Of a stretch of DNA of 64,000 nucleotides, positions 55,619 to 64,000 are shown in pieces; the first letter of the stretch is position 1; every line of letters begins with the position of its first letter. Source of the DNA: the human T2T-CHM13v2.0 reference genome, Homo sapiens; assembly GCF_009914755.1 (NCBI RefSeq), contig NC_060935.1. One strand, given 5' to 3'. Made by a program: the position numbers and the translations under genes. The notes under the pieces are model-generated. The model did not search any database and was not told where the DNA came from. It was given only the letters and a program-made list of their open reading frames with translations.

Positions 55619-56662
55619 TGAACTCCTGAGCTCAAAGTGATCCACCCACCTCGGCCTCCCAAAGTGCTGGGATTACAGGCGTGAGCCACTGGACCTGGCC
55701 CCTTAAAAATTTTTGATAACCGATTAGCAGCTTACTGGCTAGTTAGTAGAAATGGTAAACAGAAGCTGGATCAGTGGTTCTCAACTTTTTTCCTACTCCA
55801 GTATTCCCATGGGTTAGACCTTGTTCCCACTGTTATTGGGACCTCTCTATAGTAAGTTGCTGGTTTGCACAGAGGGAAGTGTATTTCAGAATCTCTAGGG
55901 TAGTTTGAAGTGTCCCTTGCTATGATTATGTTCTGCTTCCCTCTTTGCATGCCCTCCTAGTTGAGAATCAGCGAGTGAACTATCACATGACATAGTCCAG
56001 AGTTGATTTCATCTCTCTATGCTTTGCAATAGGATGGGTACTAATGGTCAGATTTTTTTCTTTTTTTCTTTTTTTTTTTTCCTGAGACGGAGTCTCACTC
56101 TGTTGCCCAGGCTGGAGTACAATGGCATGATCTGGGCTCACTGCAACCTCTGCCTCCCCGGGTTCAGGCAATTTTCCTGCCTCAGCCTTCCAAGTAGCTG
56201 GGACTATAGGCGTGTGCCACCACACCTAACTACTTTTTTTGTATTTTTAGCAGAGACAGGGTTTCACCATGTCCCCCAGGCTGGTCTTGAACTCCTGACC
56301 CCAAGTGATCCACTCGCCCCGGCCTCCCAAAGTGCTGGGATTACAGGCATGAGCCACTGCACCTGGCCTGGTCAGATTTTTTTCCACTGGACTTTACAAA
56401 TGTACAGAGGAACAGATAATCAAAGTGCTGGGATTACAGGCATGAGCTACTGCACTAGGCCTGGTCAGATTTCTTCCACTGGACTTCACAAATGTATAGA
56501 GAGGAGCAGATAATGTCTTTGCCTTTTTTTTTTTTTTTTTTAAACAGTATCATGTTGTTTCCTTCCCCCTCAGCTTGTTCCATGAGTTTTGTGCATGATG
56601 TTCCATAAAGTAAACTCACAGATTGCTTTTACATCTAAAAGTTCTTCTGCTTTCTCTTTTAG

Positions 56663-56812
56663 CCGGATGCGCAGTGATGGTTTTGATGAAGAAAGTCAAA
56701 GATACTATTGGAGGCCAAAGAATGAAATTTCTGGGACACTGGAAGATGATTTTCTTAAGGCTAAATCCTGGAATAAAAAGTTCTATGATTATGAAGCAAA
56801 CATGCCAGACAG
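56663..56812 (+). CDS. NKAPD1: NKAPD1 coding exon 3
   Basis: RMRSDGFDEESQRYYWRPKNEISGTLEDDFLKAKSWNKKFYDYEANMPD. Confidence 0.92.
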
Positions 56813-57298
56813 GTTTGTGATTAATTCCTGTGAGCATTAATATTTGGCCTGAGAACGTGTACTTATCAAAATTAATTGTCCCCACAAAAAACTTGTGTAC
56901 AAAAGTTCATACCAGCATTATTAATAATGGCCCCAAAAAATAATGGCCAAGTAATCCAAATGTCTGTCAACTGATGAATGGGTAAACAAAATGTGATATA
57001 TCCATACAATGGAATATTATTTGGCAGTAAAAGAAATGAAGTACAGATACATGTTACAACGTGGCCTTGAAAACATCATGCTAAGTGAGAAGGAAGAAGC
57101 CAAGTCACGAAAGACCGCATATTGTATGATTCTATTTATGTACTATGTCCATACATAACTGTATGATTCCATTTATGTGGTAGGCAATTCCATAGAGACA
57201 GAAGGCAGATTAGTGATTGCCCTGGGCTGGAGGCACTACACTTTGAATGCCATGATATGTGAATTATACTTCAATAAAGTTGTTATTTAAAAAAAATA

Positions 57299-57902
<604 letters not shown>

Positions 57903-58236
57903 TTGTCCCCATGTAGACAGCATGATATTATGAAGTGTTTTTGGAAAAGTGCTTCATAGCTAAAGAGCAGAGTGTAAGAGTTCGTTAGTGTTTCTTAAGG
58001 AAAGCAATGGCAAGTTCTCTTACAAATGGACAAAATAATCTTGTATGTCTGAAGTGATAGTGTACAGTACAGGAAATGTAGCTGTTACTGAGCTATAATG
58101 GGGGCTTGGTTCTACCATATCTCTACTTTGTGTTTATGTTTGTGTATGCATGTACTCCAAAGTCTTTCTAATGTTGCTTTAATTTCCAAAAATGTATGCA
58201 TTGCTTTAACAATACATGTGATGTGTCATATTACAG

Positions 58237-58290
58237 ATGGGGTCACAGTGGTTATAAAGAGTTATACCCTGAAGAATTTGAAACAGACAG
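58237..58290 (+). CDS. NKAPD1: NKAPD1 coding exon 4
   Basis: RWGHSGYKELYPEEFETD; cag| and |gtaagg. Confidence 0.92.
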
Positions 58291-58719
58291 GTAAGGAAAA
58301 TAGGCTTACTGAAAGAAACTAAGATGGTACAAAATCTGTATTATAAATTGATTTCTTAACTTTTACGAAGAATATACTTGCCATCAAAAATGTAGCTAGA
58401 GAAACAATAGGTGATTTAGTTAGGAGGTGATCCCTGTTTTCCCATTCTCTGGTTGATGTTTGGCATGTCTGTAAGCATTTTGGTTTTTATATATAGTATT
58501 CCATACAGTAACTCAGTATGGCAGCTTAGAATTTTTACCTTCATTTTAAAGATGAGGAAACAAAAACTCAATGAGAATATTAAAGTGTTAAAGTATACAT
58601 TAAAGTGCTTATTTAAAATTCAGATGTTAACCTCAATTTTTTAATCTAGAATGCAAAATATTAAAATAATACGCTTTTTTTTTACATAAAAGCTTCTATT
58701 TTTTAACTTTTCTTATTAG

Positions 58720-59227
58720 TAGTGATCAGCAAGATATTACCAACGGGAAGAAAACATCTCCCCAGGTAAAGTCATCTACCCATGAATCCCGCAAACACAA
58801 GAAGTCAAAGAAATCCCACAAAAAAAAGCAGAAAAAAAGGTCACACAAAAAACAGAAGAAAAGCAAAAAGGAAGCCACAGATATAACAGCAGATTCCTCG
58901 AGTGAGTTCTCAGAAGAAACTGGGGCTTCTGGTACAAGGAAAGGGAAACAACCACATAAACGCAAGAAAAAATCCAGGAAAAAGTCTCTCAAAAAACCTG
59001 CTTTATTCTTAGAGGCAGAAAGTAACACTTCACATTCAGATGATTCAGCATCCAGCAGTTCTGAGGAAAGTGAGGAAAGAGACACTAAGAAAACCAAAAG
59101 GAAAAAGAGAGAGAAAAAAGCCCATACCTCTGTAGCCAACAATGAAATACAGGAGAGGACAAACAAACGCACAAATTGGAAAGTAGCTACAGATGAAAGG
59201 TCTGCTGAGAGCTCAGAGGATGACTAA
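58720..59227 (+). CDS. NKAPD1: NKAPD1 last coding exon (Lys/Ser-rich)
   Basis: SDQQDITNGKK...KKSHKKKQKKRSHKKQKK...WKVATDERSAESSEDD*; total 882 nt = 293 aa (292 aa with the acceptor at 58723). Confidence 0.92.
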
Positions 59228-61548
59228 ATGGGAAACACTTTTGTTTTCCACATGACTGTGGATATTTACAGTTCTTACTCCTTGTGGTTTTGCCAGTGAC
59301 TCTTGTTCAGCACGGGGCCTGAGGTCAGAGCTGTCTTGTGCCATCTGTATGTTCTGACAGACGTCTTGTCTTCTATTTTGGCGTTAAGCTTGATCCCCTT
59401 TTCTTGTTAAAAGGGAATCTGGTATTTTGTTATGAAGGTTTCTTGAAGAGATTTTTTTTTTTGCAATTAATTACGTTTAGTGTAGAGTGCATATACAGCA
59501 AATTAAAGGACCCAGAAAGCTGGATCCAATAGTGACCTGGGTACACCAATCGGAATATTGAATTTGGGGAAGTCAAGGGCTGGGATCAAGAGGTGGATTG
59601 GAACTAATGCCATGTAGGATGGTATGACAAGGCAACACTGTATTGCTCTCTGTTTATATAGCAGGTGTCACAACTAACTTGTCTTTAGCCTTGGTGCTTT
59701 GATCCTTCTATATTTTGACCCCACAGGTGTGGTCCGGTTTACTTAATCAGGACATGGGCCTAAGAACAAACCTTTTCCCTTCATGATAACATCCATAGAC
59801 AACTTATTAGAAGGGACTAGAGTTTTTGCAAATTTCCCTGCTGGATGGGGCCTATAGCTATACTTAGTATATGCCTAAACATGGTAATTGGATAGTAAAT
59901 GGTTTTCTAGTTCCATTGCTGTATATTTGCCTAAATGGACTTGTGTTCAAATTATTTCTTCAATTGTCATAGATAATCCTGTACCAAATGGGGAAGAATT
60001 AGGAAATAATCATGTTGTCTAATGGTACTCTGGATTCAGGGCAGCAACTGCCATTTAAATGTTGTCTTGTTCATTTCTAAATCTGTTCATGAAGTTTAGG
60101 TTTTCCCTGAAACTAAGTTGAATTATTTCCAAAATGAAACAGGCTTCTCAGGGACATATCCACTTCTTCCCAGTCTGCCTTTGGATTAAAGCACCAAGCA
60201 GAGACCACATTAATTCCCTTTGCTATACTGTGATCCTTAGTATGTTAATTCTTAAGAAACCAACATATCACTGAAAGAAGGCTGGCAGAACGCAAGTGCA
60301 TTTTTTCACTGTGGGAAGAAAGATCAAGTGACGTATTATTTTTTCCTGGTTGTCACTTAATGGGCTGAGTAAAAAGCTTGAAAACTCAGACTTTCGGTCT
60401 TGGTTCTGCCACTCATTGGTTATGAGGAGGCCCAGAGCAGGTAAGTTCACCTTCCTGGCCTTACTTTCCTGATGTGTAATACGGAATTACTTCACAGTAG
60501 CATGACAGTATAAGACACCAGCAGTAGATACAACTATGATGACATTCCATGAGTTGGTATTTTTAGTTCTAACTGCTAAATTTGTTCTCTTTACGGGACA
60601 GATTTCTAATAAAGTGCTTGGTCTTAAAATACATGGTTGGACAGAGGTGCCCTATCCCTTAACTATGAGCAGGTGCTACCTTTTGGGATATTTATTTTAA
60701 ATTTTAATACTTTGGTACTCAATTGTCAGTGTTCCATGGTGTGTATTTTTATTTTTGGGATTAGTGGGGGTCTAAAGGGAGAAGAATAGTCTCTAATTAC
60801 TACCTCTTAACCTAAAGCAATTATTTTGTTCCTGGAGCAAGTTAAATCTTTGTTGGAAGGAGCTTTGGCCATATATTTTTTAGCATGCATTGTTTCTGTG
60901 CCCTGAAAGTACCTGAAAGGTTTTAAGCACAGACTCAGGAAAATGTGCCAGTAGAACAGGCCATCTCCAGGAAATTGGCTCTATTTGGGTCCTGACCTTC
61001 CCTTCCTCCCAAATTAGCAGGCTTGTTCTTTCGCAAGGAATACACATCTTGCCTTTTTTTTTTTTTTTTTGCCATGTTTTCCTTTTCTTGGTCATGTATA
61101 AGCAATAAAGCTGTTTTTTGTTCTTCATCTTTCTTAACCCCAAATTTTCTTCTATGCCTTAGGCTTCGATGGTTCTTCCAACCCCCTTAATATGGCTTAG
61201 GGTGGTTTTTCAAAACCTACAATCCCCCATTTGCACTACTGGCCATGGAACATTTATTTCTAGTGTTCCTGCCAATCAGAGATCTCTATATTAAATTCTA
61301 AAATGGGATTAAAAGAAGAGTTGGAGAATTCACACTTATTGAGTAACTGATGTCATACAACCTGGAATTTCTGAATTCCAAATAAATAAATTTCACTCTT
61401 TGAACATTTCATCTTTTACTTTTTAGCACCAACAGACTTGATAACAGCCTGATGCTGATCTGACAATGGGTTGATAGCCTTCCCCCACTGACCCTTAAAT
61501 CTGCTTAGTAACAAGTCCTTTGCTTCTGTCATTCTCCTGGGGGATGGC

Positions 61549-61716
61549 CTACTGCCCTCCTTTCTGTACAATCTGGGCAAACCGACTGGTGATGGCAAGA
61601 GTGGTGTCAATGAAGCGGTCTACACAGCTGGAGAGACAATTTTCAGTGCGAGAGTCTAGGCGATTCCCTGGCTTCTCCACACATTTATCCCAACATAACT
61701 CCATGAAGTGATGCAC
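61549..61716 (-). CDS. TIMM8B: TIMM8B exon 2 (twin CX3C small Tim)
   Basis: VHHFMELCWDKCVEKPGNRLDSRTENCLSSCVDRFIDTTLAITSRFAQIVQKGGQ*; 83 aa in total. Confidence 0.96.
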   Translation of the reverse strand: MHHFMELCWDKCVEKPGNRLDSRTENCLSSCVDRFIDTTLAITSRFAQIVQKGGQ

Positions 61717-62893
61717 CTAAAAGGAAAGAAAAATAGTAACCATTGGGGTCTGCAGATAGGCCTAACTCTTGTTTATTAACTTCTCACTTTTTGACACCTG
61801 ACAAAACCATTCTTTAAATCAACCACGGAGTCACTTTGGGCTCTTCTCTTTCTTCATTTCCTAATTAGTCACCAATATTGATCCAGATCCTCGTCCCTAC
61901 AGATTGTACATTCTCAGGTAGGACTAATAACCTTTTATATTCCCCAAAGTAGCTAGCACCATTGTGAACCAACTAGGGAACCAATTAATTTTCCCAAACT
62001 ATTGCACTCATTTTATTCCAAACCTATCCCCTAGACAAGGTAATTCTTCCATTAACCTTTTGGGGGTTATGGATCCACTCCCCAGAAAAATGCACATACA
62101 GGCACAGAAATTATGTGCACTGTCATTAGAATGTTCAGGGCCCAAAGATTTCTAGCCAGGGTTCTTGCTGGTCATCCGAGCACCCTCTTCCTCCCACCCA
62201 AAAGGAAAAAACCATTTTACCAAGAGCTTACTATTTGTGAGGCTGGGTACTAAGAAATCAGTTCTCTCTAAGGTCCTCAAGGATAGCTGTCATCACCTCC
62301 CATTTAAGAGGCGTGATTATGTAGTCCAAGGTCATGTAGCCAGCAAGAAGTCAGGCCGCGTTAGAACCATGTCCGAAGGGCTCCAAACCCTTGTTCTACA
62401 TCCATAGTCTACAGCGACTACTTCAGAGTCCACCTTCCTCCGATAATGTTCTAGTCGTTTTCAAATACATTGTCGCATATGATCCTCACAATCCAGTGAG
62501 GCAGTGGGGTGACGGCGAAACCAAAACCCACAGTGGATGAGTATCTTTTCTACGGGCACGTGGCCTGCAAGGAGCAGAGGGAGGATGAGAACCCAGATCT
62601 TTCGAATGCCAGCCCAGTCATGTCGCCGGCTAACTAGTCTCCCGTACCCTTGCGTCGCCCAAATCTTCCCTGCTTTACACCTTTTCTTTTCTCCACGCTA
62701 CGCTTATATACCTGGCACCTGAGCACTACCGGTCACCAGGGACAGGAGAGCCATAACTTTGTCTTTCGTGAGGGGAATGGGATGCAGCCGGGATCGAGCA
62801 CCAGTGAGCCGCCAGTGTACAGACCTCCGAGCGTGCCCAGGACCACCAAGGAAGGTGAAACTTCCTTTCCCTTCACCCTCCCCGTCCCCGCAC

Positions 62894-62977
62894 CTGTGCA
62901 GTAAACTGCGCCTTCTGCTGCTCGGCGGCCACCAGGCGCTGCAACTCCGCTTCATCGGCTTCGCCCAGCTCCGCCAT
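62894..62977 (-). CDS. TIMM8B: TIMM8B exon 1
   Basis: MAELGEADEAELQRLVAAEQQKAQFTAQ|gtgcgg; in-frame upstream ATG at 63022. Confidence 0.95.
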
Positions 62978-63161
62978 TGTTCGCCTCAGGCTCGCCACCT
63001 TCCGACAGCTGTGTTTGCGCATGCGCGACGGGTGTGCACCGCCTCTCGACTTCCGGTTCACCCAGCATTTCCTCTTCCCTGTTTTCTTTCGTCGTCGTGG
63101 GTGGGAATTGTCGCCTAAGTGGTTCCGGGTTGGTGGATGACCTTGAGCCCTCAGGAACGAG
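62978..63161. promoter_or_regulatory. TIMM8B/SDHD bidirectional promoter (NRF1 and ETS motifs)
   Basis: Only 184 bp between divergent ATGs; TGCGCATGCGCG at 63016-63027; CTTCCGG at 63050, TTCC at 63069 and 63075, TTCCGG at 63123. Confidence 0.88.
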
Positions 63162-63213
63162 ATGGCGGTTCTCTGGAGGCTGAGTGCCGTTTGCGGTGCC
63201 CTAGGAGGCCGAG
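63162..63213 (+). CDS. SDHD: SDHD exon 1 (succinate dehydrogenase subunit D presequence); gene continues beyond the window
   Basis: MAVLWRLSAVCGALGGR, 52 nt, GAG|GTGAGG donor. Confidence 0.96.
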
Positions 63214-64000
63214 GTGAGGGGTCTTCCCACCCTGAGGTGCTTAGCGTAGCCTCCAGCCAGGGAAGGGGATGGAAGTGAGGACTCATCTGCCGGGTGGGAG
63301 ATCTCTTGAGGAGAAGAAAATACCGAAATCACAGCAATGACCACTGTAGTCTAGGGGTCCAGATGTTTACCCGAAGGTATATTTCACTTGCTGTGAGCTG
63401 ACGAGTTGAGGGAATAATCAGAAAGAGAGCTCCCTCTGGAAGTCGCAGTCCTGATGAGGCTAATCCACATAGCAGTTCTGTTTTCTCCCCGTTCACTGTC
63501 CCTAGAATGCTCCCCACTCGCTCCCACCCTGAGTCGGGAAAGAGGGTTAGGAGCTTGCCCATTTCTTCTGGAGTTGGTGTGTTTGGATGTGGGAGTGGAG
63601 GGGGGATCAGTTCGAAAATCATTTAACCTGGGCATTTGTGTTACCTCAGGTACTGTAGTAATGCTAGGATACAAATGTGAAGAAAACGTAGTTCCCGCCC
63701 TCAACGAGCTTTCATTCTGATGAGGAAAACACTGTCATAGTAGTCCGGGCAAGATGAGGTCCTGAACTAGGAAAGTAGCACAAAGAAAAGAAGATTGTCT
63801 CAAGAACTGTTAAAGAGATACGCCAATAGGATTTGGCGATTGAATTTAGGGGAAAAGTCTCTCATGATTTCCAGATTACTGAGTTAGGTTAAAGAATGCC
63901 TGAGGTGTCATTAAATAAAGTAGGGAACATGCAGATGTTCCCTGGTCTTAACTTCACAGTAACCCCAGTGAAATAGATGCTATCTTCATTTTACAAATAA

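Noticed and set aside
58726-59172. 148-aa hydrophobic minus-strand ORF
   Set aside because: Antisense shadow of the Lys-rich NKAPD1 last exon (AAA/AAG read as TTT/CTT)

Overview
This window is primate genomic DNA, almost certainly human (it carries a hominid SVA), matching the 11q23.1 cluster DLAT-PIH1D2-NKAPD1(C11orf57)-TIMM8B-SDHD. I reconstructed spliced CDSs by hand from GT/AG boundaries and frame continuity. DLAT (+) has 14 exons, 1715-38778, 647 aa. PIH1D2 (-) has 5 coding exons, 315 aa, plus an alternative last exon inside the DLAT 3' region giving 288 aa. NKAPD1 (+) has 5 coding exons, 293/292 aa via a NAGNAG acceptor. TIMM8B (-) has 2 exons, 83 aa. Only exon 1 of SDHD (+) is in the window. 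There are two head-to-head CpG promoters and two tail-to-tail arrangements. Introns hold an antisense SVA, a PPIH processed pseudogene, U6 and Y1 RNA retrocopies, L1s, Tigger/MER elements and dozens of Alus; most ORFs in the supplied track are repeat artefacts. I see no new protein-coding system. The most unusual signal is that insertions and duplications repeatedly copy splice signals: the SVA target-site duplication copies the DLAT exon 2 donor, an L1 TSD copies the exon 11 branch region, and a 50-bp tandem repeat copies a candidate PIH1D2 donor. Also notable are a candidate Alu-L1 template-switch chimera, a 55-bp locally templated insertion, and a strong-context uORF in frame with NKAPD1. 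Gene and repeat names come from recognition, not from database searches.
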